From: Escherichia phage bumzen
Sequence record: MN850635.1
DNA: 64,000 nt
Reading direction: 5' to 3' (one strand)
Shown here: positions 43,876 to 52,168 of the stretch, piece by piece
Numbering within the stretch: position 1 is the first letter of the stretch
Layout of the letters: every line of letters begins with the position of its first letter
Translations under genes and position numbers: made by a program
Notes under the pieces: generated by a model
Told to the model about the DNA's origin: nothing
Database searches by the model: none
The model's input: only the letters and a program-made list of their open reading frames with translations

Positions 43876-44985
43876 ATGACTACTAAAACTAAAGCACAGA
43901 TTGACGCAGAAATTTACAAACTGGTTAAAGAAGGTAAGCTGACTAAAACAGCTATTGCACAGAAGTTCAATACTTCAACCCGTTCAGTTGGTCGTGCTGT
44001 AGAGCGTCATGAAGCAACCTTAAAGGGTAAGAAAAAGGTAGCTTCTAAGCCAGCTACGAAGACTTTGAAGCAAGTTGCTAAATCAGTTAAAAAGAAAGCT
44101 GGAAAACCAGTTGAAAAGGTTGTTAAAGAGGCTGTACAGAAAGCTCCGGTAAATAAACTACACGAAGCTATGCAGAAAGATGACAAGATTGAGTACATGA
44201 TTACTGGTGACTCTGTAATTATGACTTATGGTTCAGAATCTGAAATTGTTGAGTCTACTCATCCGAACTATCAAGAGATTGTAGTTCATGTTGTGAAAGG
44301 TGAGTTCAAGAAAGCTTTCGAACTGATGAACATTCGTAAATCTATCGAAAACTTCACTCAGGGTGCTATCACAATCAAAGGTGACAAGTTATTCTATGGT
44401 GCTGTTGAGATGCGTTCTACTCTGGTTGACCGTATCCTTCACATGATGAAGACTGGTGATAAAGGTTTTGAACGACTTGTAATGTTCTTCGAAAAACTGA
44501 TGGAAAACCCATCTAAAGACTCTGTAGAACAACTTTGGGGATTTGTATCTCACCTTGATGTTGAAATTGATGAAGAAGGTTACATCATTGGTTGGAAGAA
44601 AGTCTCTACTCGTGAAGGCAAGTTGGTTGACTCCCACACCTACAAAGTACCTAATGATTTGGGTAACATTGTAGAGATGCCACGTTGGATGGTTGATAAC
44701 AATCGTAACGTAACTTGCTCTCAAGGTCTTCATGTCGGTGCTTGGGATTATGTTCGTTACTTCTCAGGTGATACCATCCTGAAGGTTCGTGTCCATCCAC
44801 GAGATGTTGTATCTGTTCCAACTGATTACAACGATATGAAGATGCGTTCCTCTCGTTATGAAGTTGCAGCAATCGTTGATAATCAACGTAAAGTGCTGAA
44901 AGAATGGGATGGCAAGACTGAAGCTTTGCATGTCATCGTTGGCACTGCTGGTGAACTAATCTCCCAACGTAAACGTGAAATCTAA
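43876..44985 (+). CDS. rIIB: putative rIIB-like protein
   Basis: 369 aa directly downstream of rIIA-like gene; synteny only. Confidence 0.4.
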   Translation: MTTKTKAQIDAEIYKLVKEGKLTKTAIAQKFNTSTRSVGRAVERHEATLKGKKKVASKPATKTLKQVAKSVKKKAGKPVEKVVKEAVQKAPVNKLHEAMQKDDKIEYMITGDSVIMTYGSESEIVESTHPNYQEIVVHVVKGEFKKAFELMNIRKSIENFTQGAITIKGDKLFYGAVEMRSTLVDRILHMMKTGDKGFERLVMFFEKLMENPSKDSVEQLWGFVSHLDVEIDEEGYIIGWKKVSTREGKLVDSHTYKVPNDLGNIVEMPRWMVDNNRNVTCSQGLHVGAWDYVRYFSGDTILKVRVHPRDVVSVPTDYNDMKMRSSRYEVAAIVDNQRKVLKEWDGKTEALHVIVGTAGELISQRKREI

Positions 44986-45001
44986 TAAGTAATTTCTTAA
45001 A

Positions 45002-45030
45002 AGGCTGCTTCGGCGGCCTTTTTTATTTGT
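45002..45030 (+). terminator. rho-independent terminator with UUCG loop
   Basis: aaggctgc-ttcg-gcggcctt then ttttatttg. Confidence 0.7.
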
Positions 45031-45085
45031 ATTTTGTGCAGAGTGCTGTATAATTGTTGTCACGATAAACTAAACAGGAGAACCA

Positions 45086-45634
45086 ATGAAGAAATTGATT
45101 CTAGGTTTGTGCTTAATGTTTACAGCACACTTATCTTATGCAGTTGACTGCCCAGAGCTATCAATTAGCCAAAAAGTAAACATGTTAAAAGCTTACCAGT
45201 ATGGTGAGAATAACATGGGTAAAGGTTGGGGTATCACTCTAGCTGCTATAGCCTTACAAGAGTCAGAGTTAGGTCTGAAGGTAGAGAATAAAAAGACACA
45301 TGATTATGGTATCTTCCAGAATCACTTGAAGACTGTTGTAAAGCGTAACAAAATTAGTCCTAATGTGGCTAAAAAGAAACTCTTAAGAGACTTTGATTAT
45401 GCTGCGAAGGAAACTCACAAAGAGCTTGAGTTTTGGACAAAGGTGCATGGTCAGCCAAAGTCAAAGAAGACTTTACAAAAAGTTTTAGCATCATATAATG
45501 CTGGGTATTCGTACAAAATTCCTAAAGCTAAGAAATACTCTCAAGATGTCTATAACAATATGAAAGTCATCGCTCAATGTGAATTTGCAATAAACATTTC
45601 TAAGGTAAACCATGAAAAAATTAAAAAAGTCTGA
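45086..45634 (+). CDS. secreted lytic transglycosylase-like (SLT domain) protein
   Basis: Signal peptide MKKLILGLCLMFTAHLSYA; AIALQESELG...DYGIFQ resembles SLT catalytic-Glu motif. Confidence 0.4.
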   Translation: MKKLILGLCLMFTAHLSYAVDCPELSISQKVNMLKAYQYGENNMGKGWGITLAAIALQESELGLKVENKKTHDYGIFQNHLKTVVKRNKISPNVAKKKLLRDFDYAAKETHKELEFWTKVHGQPKSKKTLQKVLASYNAGYSYKIPKAKKYSQDVYNNMKVIAQCEFAINISKVNHEKIKKV

Positions 45635-46307
45635 TGAAGTACTGTGTCATGCTTACGACTTACATCCTCATGAGTTAGGTCTTGATTCCTGTGTATGGAC
45701 TCCAGAACAGTGTAGGGATTTTGAAGACACTGCAAGAGAAGTTGTATGTTCACTCGAAGAGTTCCACACATCAGAGCCAATTGTGAATGTTGTAGATAAA
45801 GAGACTGGACAAACTATAGGTGTAAGTCGTGATAGCTTAGTCATAGTCAATAAAGACCTTGTAGAAAAAGGTAACCTCATCTTAGCAGATATTGATGGTG
45901 TTCTTACAAATTTTAATCACGAAGATTGCTCAACGGAATTGACTGATGGGTCATTCTCACAGTACACTAATCTTCTTGACTCTGTAAGAGCAAAACCAAC
46001 GTATGTCTTTAGTATTATTGATGCAATTGCTAATCATGCTGCCATTGGACTCTTGACAGCGAGAGGTGAATCTCAGAGAATACCTACTGAGATGTTTTTA
46101 AGGCATAACACAGAGCATGACTACATGCTTTTTATGCGTGGTTTTGGGACTAACTCTATAAGTGCAGAAAGTTTGAAAGTGAGGATGATTCAGTCTTGCA
46201 TTCTGCCTTACTTTAATATAGTATGTTTTATAGAAGATACAGAGAAGAATGTGCAGAAGGTGAACAGAATCCTTCCACACATCAAAACCATGTTAGTTAA
46301 ACATTGA
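45612..46307 (+). CDS. HAD-superfamily hydrolase-like protein (possible nucleotidase/phosphatase)
   Basis: ILADIDGVLT (DxDxT/V motif I) and GLLTARGES (motif II-like). Confidence 0.4.
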   Translation: MKKLKKSDEVLCHAYDLHPHELGLDSCVWTPEQCRDFEDTAREVVCSLEEFHTSEPIVNVVDKETGQTIGVSRDSLVIVNKDLVEKGNLILADIDGVLTNFNHEDCSTELTDGSFSQYTNLLDSVRAKPTYVFSIIDAIANHAAIGLLTARGESQRIPTEMFLRHNTEHDYMLFMRGFGTNSISAESLKVRMIQSCILPYFNIVCFIEDTEKNVQKVNRILPHIKTMLVKH

Positions 46308-46317
46308 GAGAAAACTT

Positions 46318-46782
46318 ATGAACAATATCATTACGGTAGCACTGGACGTTACGGCAAACAAATCTGAAGTAGTTCGTAACATTATCAAGAGCAACTTTGA
46401 GGGTAAAATTTTCCGTGCTGTCAACGTAAAAGCAGACGGTAACATCCGAGAGTATCGTGCTCTTTTGAATGTTAAGAAACACGTAAAAGGTTCTGGCTCA
46501 ACCACAGCACACAAAGAAAACCTGATGACTATCTATGATATGGGGATGGCTTCAGAATTAGGTGCTGAAGGTATCGTTAAAGAAGGTGCTCCGTATCGCT
46601 CTTTCAATCTGGAAACTGCTCTTATGCTTTCCTTTACAAGTGGTTCTAAAACAACTACTTATCTCTTTACTGATGCTGCAACGGTATCTGCTATCAAGGA
46701 TAGCACTGTCAAAGCTGGGGTAGCTGCTGCTGCAAAAGCTTCTTCGATGGCTGCAAATGTCCTTGCTAAAGTCCTCGGTTAA
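46318..46782 (+). CDS. hypothetical protein
   Basis: 154 aa ORF with good RBS. Confidence 0.45.
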   Translation: MNNIITVALDVTANKSEVVRNIIKSNFEGKIFRAVNVKADGNIREYRALLNVKKHVKGSGSTTAHKENLMTIYDMGMASELGAEGIVKEGAPYRSFNLETALMLSFTSGSKTTTYLFTDAATVSAIKDSTVKAGVAAAAKASSMAANVLAKVLG

Positions 46783-46793
46783 GGTTAAGATAC

Positions 46794-46818
46794 AGGCTCC
46801 TTCGGGAGCCTTTTTCAT
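46794..46818 (+). terminator. rho-independent terminator with UUCG loop
   Basis: aggctcc-ttcg-ggagcct then ttttc. Confidence 0.7.
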
Positions 46819-46834
46819 TTCAGGAGATTGTTAA

Positions 46835-47182
46835 ATGACATTTAAAGAGTTCTGTCAAGCTACTTTCATAATTGTTTTCTTAGTTGGGGCAGGTGTCTGG
46901 GGAGGATACTCTTACAGAGACTACCAAGTTGCTGAAGCTGAGTTAAGCAATGAGAAACTAATAAGTGTTGCTAAAGACGCTTATCAGGAAGGTTTAGCCA
47001 CACTGAGCACCAATTACAAAAATGATTTGAAAGATGTGCTTGCTAAGAATAAGCATACAAAAGAGGTACTAACATATGAAAAAACTAAGCCAGAGTTTTA
47101 TAATGTTTGTGTTACTGATAACTATGTCAGGGTGTTCAACGAACAAAGTGAGCAGTACATTCAAAAACTCCCAAGTAAGTGA
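46835..47182 (+). CDS. type II membrane protein (i-spanin-like)
   Basis: 115 aa; N-terminal TM FIIVFLVGAGVWGGY then charged domain; overlapped by lipoprotein gene. Confidence 0.4.
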   Translation: MTFKEFCQATFIIVFLVGAGVWGGYSYRDYQVAEAELSNEKLISVAKDAYQEGLATLSTNYKNDLKDVLAKNKHTKEVLTYEKTKPEFYNVCVTDNYVRVFNEQSEQYIQKLPSK

Positions 47183-47345
47183 GGGTGATAAGTACACCCA
47201 AGAAGAATCACGGTATATCATCAAAGGCAACACAGGCAGCGATGTAGCAGCAGCCCTTGAGTTCTATCGTGACGGCTTTTACCAGTGCACAATCAAAGCT
47301 AACAACCTTATTGACATGATTTTATTAGGGAATAAGCAGCAATGA
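47076..47345 (+). CDS. lipoprotein (o-spanin-like)
   Basis: 89 aa; lipobox LITMSGCS; begins inside previous gene in another frame. Confidence 0.4.
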   Translation: MKKLSQSFIMFVLLITMSGCSTNKVSSTFKNSQVSEGDKYTQEESRYIIKGNTGSDVAAALEFYRDGFYQCTIKANNLIDMILLGNKQQ

Positions 47346-47611
47346 CAGAGAATCAAGATACTTTTTACGTAGAAGGGTACTTACTGTTACCACGACCAAA
47401 AGAGACTTATATGCGAATTGATTTCTCACCAACCATTATGGATAATGTGATGTGCCATATCTTTATGCAAGGTGTCACAGCACAGCTTAAACATGTTGGT
47501 AAAGAGTGCAAAATAAAGGTTGACACTCATCCAGAAATCAAAGAGAATCACTACACATGGTTCTTACCAGATTCTAAAGAAATCTTAGCAGTTCTTAAAA
47601 CGAGGAAGTAG
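47342..47611 (+). CDS. hypothetical protein
   Basis: 89 aa ORF. Confidence 0.4.
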   Translation: MTENQDTFYVEGYLLLPRPKETYMRIDFSPTIMDNVMCHIFMQGVTAQLKHVGKECKIKVDTHPEIKENHYTWFLPDSKEILAVLKTRK

Positions 47612-47613
47612 CT

Positions 47614-47940
47614 ATGCAGATTAATGGAAGAGACTTTGTAGCCGTTTACTATGATAACAATAAAGAAGTTGGTGTAGCACAGGTAACCTATGGCAATGGT
47701 AAGTGGCTATATGGAACAATCGCAGTAGTAGGAACAAGAAGTGATACAAAAACTTTTAAAGATTGTGTTGACCTTCTTGAAGAATCCATCCACAATCATT
47801 GGTGTCTGATATGGATGACTGACAATGAAGTGATGGAACGTTTCAAAAAGATTGATATCAACATTGATAGTATTGAGCATGTTGATTTATATGAGCTAAC
47901 TGAGAAGGTAAATTATGAGAGTAATTCTAGCCAGAGATAA
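47614..47940 (+). CDS. hypothetical protein
   Basis: 108 aa ORF. Confidence 0.4.
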   Translation: MQINGRDFVAVYYDNNKEVGVAQVTYGNGKWLYGTIAVVGTRSDTKTFKDCVDLLEESIHNHWCLIWMTDNEVMERFKKIDINIDSIEHVDLYELTEKVNYESNSSQR

Positions 47941-48142
47941 AAAGACACGGAAACTCATCCGGTCAGCAGTATTCATTGGAAGAAATGAAGTCATCCCGTT
48001 TACAACAAACCTTGTGATAGCTTACAGGAAAAACTTAGTATTTAGTGATTGCTTGCGCGGCTTCATCTCCCAACCGTTGGAAGACTTTAAAAGCCGTTGT
48101 GGTAAAGGTATCATCATTCAAGAGGCAATTATTCATGGCTGA
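47915..48142 (+). CDS. hypothetical protein
   Basis: 75 aa ORF. Confidence 0.3.
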   Translation: MRVILARDKKTRKLIRSAVFIGRNEVIPFTTNLVIAYRKNLVFSDCLRGFISQPLEDFKSRCGKGIIIQEAIIHG

Positions 48143-48335
48143 TTTCTGCAAAGACTGTGCTATCGAAATGTTCGGACGTGATACAGGTGACTTAAAAGGT
48201 CTTATCACTGAAGATGACTTTAAAGCTGGCTATGCAATGCCAGTAATCTGTGAAGGTTGTGGATGTATCTGGGTAGACCACGAAGGACAACGTGTAAAAC
48301 CTTCAGAAGATAAAGAATCTTGGGAGAGATGCTAA
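48135..48335 (+). CDS. small zinc-ribbon protein
   Basis: Start at internal ATG 48135 (MADFCKDCAIEM...CEGCGC). Confidence 0.35.
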   Translation: MADFCKDCAIEMFGRDTGDLKGLITEDDFKAGYAMPVICEGCGCIWVDHEGQRVKPSEDKESWERC

Positions 48336-49121
48336 ATGGGTATTGTAAAAATCATCAATGGGGATATCTTCTCCGCATTTGATAAAGGTAAGTTTGATAT
48401 TATTGGTCACGGTTGCAACTGTATGAATTTAATGGGTGCAGGTATCGCTGACAAGATTTCTAAACTTTACCCAAAAGCATATGAGACCGATACAGAAGTT
48501 TATCTGTATGCAGGTGGCATAGGCCACAAACCCTGTGAAAATTTACTAGGGAATTTCTCTGTAGCACGTTTAGAACAAGGCCGTATAGCTAACCTTTACA
48601 CACAACTTCATACTGGTAAAGATGCCCGATACAGTGCTTTAGAGTCATCTTTGAAGAAACTTAACATGTACTGTGAAGTCAATCAGTTGAAGAAAGTCGG
48701 GTTACCTATGATTGGCGCAGGTATCGGTGGACTAGACCCTCAAGCCGTCACAGTTATCATTAATCAGGTGATGAAGAGTGTAGATGTTTATCTGTATGTC
48801 TACGAAGGAGAGATGTACCACAAGTTACGCTCAGGTTGGAATAACTACTGTGAACCAGAATACTTTGCAGGTGTAGTAATGTTCACAGATGATACAGTTA
48901 CCCTCTTCAGACGAAGAAAAGGTAAGATACATCAAAGTAACCCTCCGGTTGAGAAGATGTCTCTAAGTAACGCTCTAGTTACCCACCTGTCAAAGAGCAA
49001 TCACAGAATTGCTGTAACATTTGGTAGTGATGCAGAAGCTTATATCTATGCAAGAACTGATGAGGATATCGAGGCAATCTTCTCTTCACCAGAAGTTACC
49101 TTCTTAGACGCAAAGAACTAA
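48336..49121 (+). CDS. macro-domain-like protein (ADP-ribose binding/hydrolase fold) with C-terminal extension
   Basis: NGDIFSAF...DIIGHGCNCMNLMGAGIA and LPMIGAGIGGLDPQAV resemble macro-domain motifs. Confidence 0.4.
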   Translation: MGIVKIINGDIFSAFDKGKFDIIGHGCNCMNLMGAGIADKISKLYPKAYETDTEVYLYAGGIGHKPCENLLGNFSVARLEQGRIANLYTQLHTGKDARYSALESSLKKLNMYCEVNQLKKVGLPMIGAGIGGLDPQAVTVIINQVMKSVDVYLYVYEGEMYHKLRSGWNNYCEPEYFAGVVMFTDDTVTLFRRRKGKIHQSNPPVEKMSLSNALVTHLSKSNHRIAVTFGSDAEAYIYARTDEDIEAIFSSPEVTFLDAKN

Positions 49122-49189
49122 GAAACTCTGTAGTATATTCACAATAGCCTAAGCCTTTCTTATCTGGTAAATTTTTCAGGTAAGGAGGG

Positions 49190-49375
49190 CTTTTTCATTT
49201 TAGAATTGTGCAGGTAGAGTTCTGTAGAGAAATCTGTAGAGAGAATTTTGAACTCCAAAGGGAAAATTCATTTTCAAACTGTGCAGGTAATCTCCAAAGA
49301 GCTTTTTCATTTTCAAAACGTGCAGACCCCGCTCAGGTCGGGCAAGAAAAATCATTTTAGATTTGTGCAGGTAGG
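49190..49375 (+). repeat. four direct repeats of a ~22 bp motif upstream of the early-gene array
   Basis: cattttagaattgtgcaggta / cattttcaaactgtgcaggta / cattttcaaaacgtgcagacc / cattttagatttgtgcaggta, then C-rich tract 49393-49428. Confidence 0.6.
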
Positions 49376-49571
49376 TTTTTATAGAGAGCCAGACCAACCC
49401 CTCTCCCCCTCTTACTCCCCCTCTCCCCAAAAGTCAAGAGAAAAATTTGTAGCGGATTGAAAAATAATTCTTGATTTGTGTTCTGTTTTGTGGTAGTCGT
49501 GTGCGCCCGTTTCATTACAGTTTTGCCAAAAATATTTTTAAAATTTTTTCTTGACTCTTTGAACGTGGTTA

Positions 49572-49600
49572 TCTAGTATTTGCATCAACGGGGAGGGAAT
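49572..49600 (+). promoter_or_regulatory. strong sigma70-like promoter at head of small-gene array
   Basis: TTGACT - 17 bp - TAGTAT with AT-rich UP-like region upstream; then hairpin leader and RBS. Confidence 0.65.
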
Positions 49601-49642
49601 GACCTTCCCCACTAAATAAAGTCCTAAACTGGAGATTCAAAA

Positions 49643-50023
49643 ATGGCATATCGCGCACCTAAATTCATCAATAAAGACAACTTTCGCAACGCACTGGAGA
49701 AGTCACTTGATGAAAATTTTAAAGGTAACATTATCGTTGTTCACGCATTCAATTTTAAGTATGATGTAAACGGGAATAGAATCAACCATTACACGGCAAC
49801 CATGTTAGATGGTACACTATCAAGTGAAAAAGCCGTACTGAATGCACTAGCAGGACGCGGAAAAGTATTAGTAAGATGCGATAAGCGACGTTATCAGGGT
49901 GGCGCATATGGTTATGATGATGCTGTTTATCATCTTGAAAATATGGGCTATAAAGTAGAAAAAGCTGGGGTATCGCAAATCATCGGGAGCGATGGTTATG
50001 TAACAATCTTCAAAATTAACTGA
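49643..50023 (+). CDS. hypothetical early protein
   Basis: 126 aa; own promoter cassette and conserved leader/RBS. Confidence 0.5.
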   Translation: MAYRAPKFINKDNFRNALEKSLDENFKGNIIVVHAFNFKYDVNGNRINHYTATMLDGTLSSEKAVLNALAGRGKVLVRCDKRRYQGGAYGYDDAVYHLENMGYKVEKAGVSQIIGSDGYVTIFKIN

Positions 50024-50032
50024 TAAAGTACT

Positions 50033-50061
50033 TTACAAGGGGCTTATAGTTCGATAGAGTA
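50033..50061 (+). promoter_or_regulatory. family-A promoter cassette
   Basis: TTTACA - 17 bp - TAGAGT; spacer and -10 lie within palindrome ggggctta...taagcccc; conserved ~60 nt leader. Confidence 0.55.
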
Positions 50062-50113
50062 AGCCCCAGATAAAGAGCTTTACCACTCAATCCTAAATTG
50101 GAGAATCTGAAAA

Positions 50114-50407
50114 ATGGCTATTATCAAAAACGTTGTAATTACTGCAAAAACTCGTGATGACGCTCGCGTTATGGCTAAAAAGTTATGCGGGAAAGTTGTT
50201 GACAATGGGAAAAAATCTGCTGTAAGGTGGGGCGTGAAGGTTGATAAACAGTTGAAGTTAAAAAATTCACCGATAAACCTTTTTACATGTGTAAACACTA
50301 TCGGGAAGACAAATGTATACACGAAAAAGGCATACATTAGACGCGTAGCATTAACATCCCCCATTCGTACAATGAGAAGTTATGCAAAGCTGAAAATTAA
50401 CAAATAA
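50114..50407 (+). CDS. hypothetical early protein
   Basis: 97 aa; conserved leader; N-terminus MAII. Confidence 0.5.
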   Translation: MAIIKNVVITAKTRDDARVMAKKLCGKVVDNGKKSAVRWGVKVDKQLKLKNSPINLFTCVNTIGKTNVYTKKAYIRRVALTSPIRTMRSYAKLKINK

Positions 50408-50412
50408 AGTAC

Positions 50413-50441
50413 TTTACAGGGGGCTTAAAAGTTGATATCTT
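50413..50441 (+). promoter_or_regulatory. family-A promoter cassette
   Basis: TTTACA - 17 bp - TATCTT with palindrome gggggcttaa...taagcccc. Confidence 0.5.
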
Positions 50442-50494
50442 AAGCCCCAGATAAAGAGCTTTACCACTTAATCCTTAAACTAGGAGATTCAAAA

Positions 50495-51007
50495 ATGAAA
50501 ACTGTAGACGCTACCTTTGAAGTTGTAAAAGAAAAATTCACCATTATTTACGAAGCTGTCAATTGTTATGAAGCAAGCCATAACCTTGATAATTGGAAGT
50601 TTACAGATGACCATCAAGGCGGCGTGACTATTAAAAACCCCAATTGTCAGCGTAATGATTTTAAATATGCAATCCCTTTAAATTATAGCCTTAAACAGCT
50701 TTCTAGTGACTATGCAAAACAAGGCCGGGAAAATCCATCAAAAGAGGCTTACGCAAGCTTACAGAAAGAACTAGAAAGAGATTTAGAGGCTTCAGAGTAC
50801 AACCTTGCCGCGAAAGTTGTGGATGCAAACGGTAACACGGTTTTAGAAAGTTTTTATCTTGGTTATGCTTTCGATTGGTGTTATCGTGACGGCGATGATT
50901 TAGAGGATAGACTAAAAGAAGAGGTGAACAACGCAGACGCAGAATCTGAAGTATTAGAACGTTTGGAATCATTGAAAGACTCAGTGATGAATATCTTTAA
51001 GAACTAA
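50495..51007 (+). CDS. hypothetical early protein
   Basis: 170 aa. Confidence 0.5.
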   Translation: MKTVDATFEVVKEKFTIIYEAVNCYEASHNLDNWKFTDDHQGGVTIKNPNCQRNDFKYAIPLNYSLKQLSSDYAKQGRENPSKEAYASLQKELERDLEASEYNLAAKVVDANGNTVLESFYLGYAFDWCYRDGDDLEDRLKEEVNNADAESEVLERLESLKDSVMNIFKN

Positions 51008-51016
51008 ATAGATTTC

Positions 51017-51045
51017 TTTACACGGGGTTATCAAGCTGGTAGGAT
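51017..51045 (+). promoter_or_regulatory. family-A promoter cassette
   Basis: TTTACA - 17 bp - TAGGAT with palindrome cggggtta...atagcccc. Confidence 0.5.
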
Positions 51046-51099
51046 AGCCCCAGATAAAGAGATTTATCAAATAAAGCCCTTAAACTAGGAGATTCTAAA

Positions 51100-51396
51100 A
51101 TGAAATTATCAAATCAAGTGCGTGAAAATTTGAGCAAATTACTCAACAAAATTGATTTCATTGAAACATCAAGGAATAGTCATGATGTTATGGAATGGTT
51201 ACACGGCAAAATAAAAGGTCGTCGTGTAGTGATTTGCTTATGGAATAGCTGCAGGGAGTATAAAAAACCTGTATTGCAAGTCAATATTTATGATGACACC
51301 TTTAAAAGTCCTGTAAAGTCTAAAAGCGATTTATTAGAATCCTATGAGATAACTGTAAATGGCAAAGTATCACGTAAAGAGGAATCGCCATGCTGA
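51100..51396 (+). CDS. hypothetical early protein
   Basis: 98 aa. Confidence 0.5.
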   Translation: MKLSNQVRENLSKLLNKIDFIETSRNSHDVMEWLHGKIKGRRVVICLWNSCREYKKPVLQVNIYDDTFKSPVKSKSDLLESYEITVNGKVSRKEESPC

Positions 51397-51722
51397 TGAT
51401 TGGTATCACTGCAACCATTGCCATTTTCGCGCTATATAAGGCATATAAAGCCTATAATCTAGCAAATAAGGCAATCACACAACAGGTTAGCAATAACCTT
51501 GTAGGGAGCTTTCTAGAGCGTTTAAATGATGAGCAAATAAAGCGGCTAGAGATGAGCTTCAGATACAAAGCGAAAACCTATCAGATAAGTGACATCTTCA
51601 AAGATGATTTTCAGTTAGTTGATGATTATAATTCTCTGATAAATGCTTTAAATGTCAGTGACTTAAAAGACTACTACGCTGTAATTGTTCAAGAATTGAG
51701 CAAACGAAAAAATTCCTCTTGA
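51390..51722 (+). CDS. hypothetical early membrane protein
   Basis: 110 aa; N-terminal hydrophobic segment; no own cassette (co-transcribed). Confidence 0.45.
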   Translation: MLMIGITATIAIFALYKAYKAYNLANKAITQQVSNNLVGSFLERLNDEQIKRLEMSFRYKAKTYQISDIFKDDFQLVDDYNSLINALNVSDLKDYYAVIVQELSKRKNSS

Positions 51723-51747
51723 TTTTGGTTTTTAAAACAAGTAAATT
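51719..51747 (+). promoter_or_regulatory. family-B promoter cassette
   Basis: TTGATT - 17 bp - TAAATT, then leader hairpin gggaggtaataacctcccc and conserved RBS. Confidence 0.5.
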
Positions 51748-51809
51748 ACTAATCAACGGGAGGTAATAACCTCCCCACTAAGTAAAGTCCTTAAACTAGG
51801 AGATTCAAA

Positions 51810-52082
51810 ATGTACACTACTAACAACGGTCGCACCTTAAACGTAACCATTCGTCACTATGTGAACGGTGTAATGCACTTCGAAGATTTACAAGCCGAAC
51901 AACATATCTTAGATTGGCAACTTGCAGGACTACAAAAAACTGCTACAGGATACGGGAAAAAGATTCCAACCAGTTGGAAAGTATACTACGAAGGCCGTTT
52001 GCGCAGAATTTATCAGGATGTGCAAAGCAATAGCGCATCGAGTTACATCATAGTAAAAGGTAAAAAGCTGCATTTAGTGTAA
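51810..52082 (+). CDS. hypothetical early protein
   Basis: 90 aa. Confidence 0.5.
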   Translation: MYTTNNGRTLNVTIRHYVNGVMHFEDLQAEQHILDWQLAGLQKTATGYGKKIPTSWKVYYEGRLRRIYQDVQSNSASSYIIVKGKKLHLV

Positions 52083-52087
52083 AGTAC

Positions 52088-52116
52088 TTTACAGGGGGCT
52101 TATAGTTCGATAAAGT
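52088..52116 (+). promoter_or_regulatory. family-A promoter cassette
   Basis: TTTACA - 17 bp - TAAAGT with palindrome. Confidence 0.55.
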
Positions 52117-52168
52117 AAGCCCCAGATAAAGAGCTTTACCACTAAATCCTAAATTGGAGAACTTAAAA

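Noticed and set aside
49200-49460. ORFs 49200-49430 (minus) and 49248-49460 (plus)
   Set aside because: Both run through the direct-repeat and C-rich non-coding region upstream of the early promoter, have no RBS and have low-complexity translations.
50040-50068. tRNA-like T-loop sequence (agttcgata) within intergenic hairpins
   Set aside because: No acceptor stem, anticodon arm or GTTCRA-type T-arm context; the element is a promoter-associated palindrome repeated five times. No tRNA found anywhere in the window by eye.
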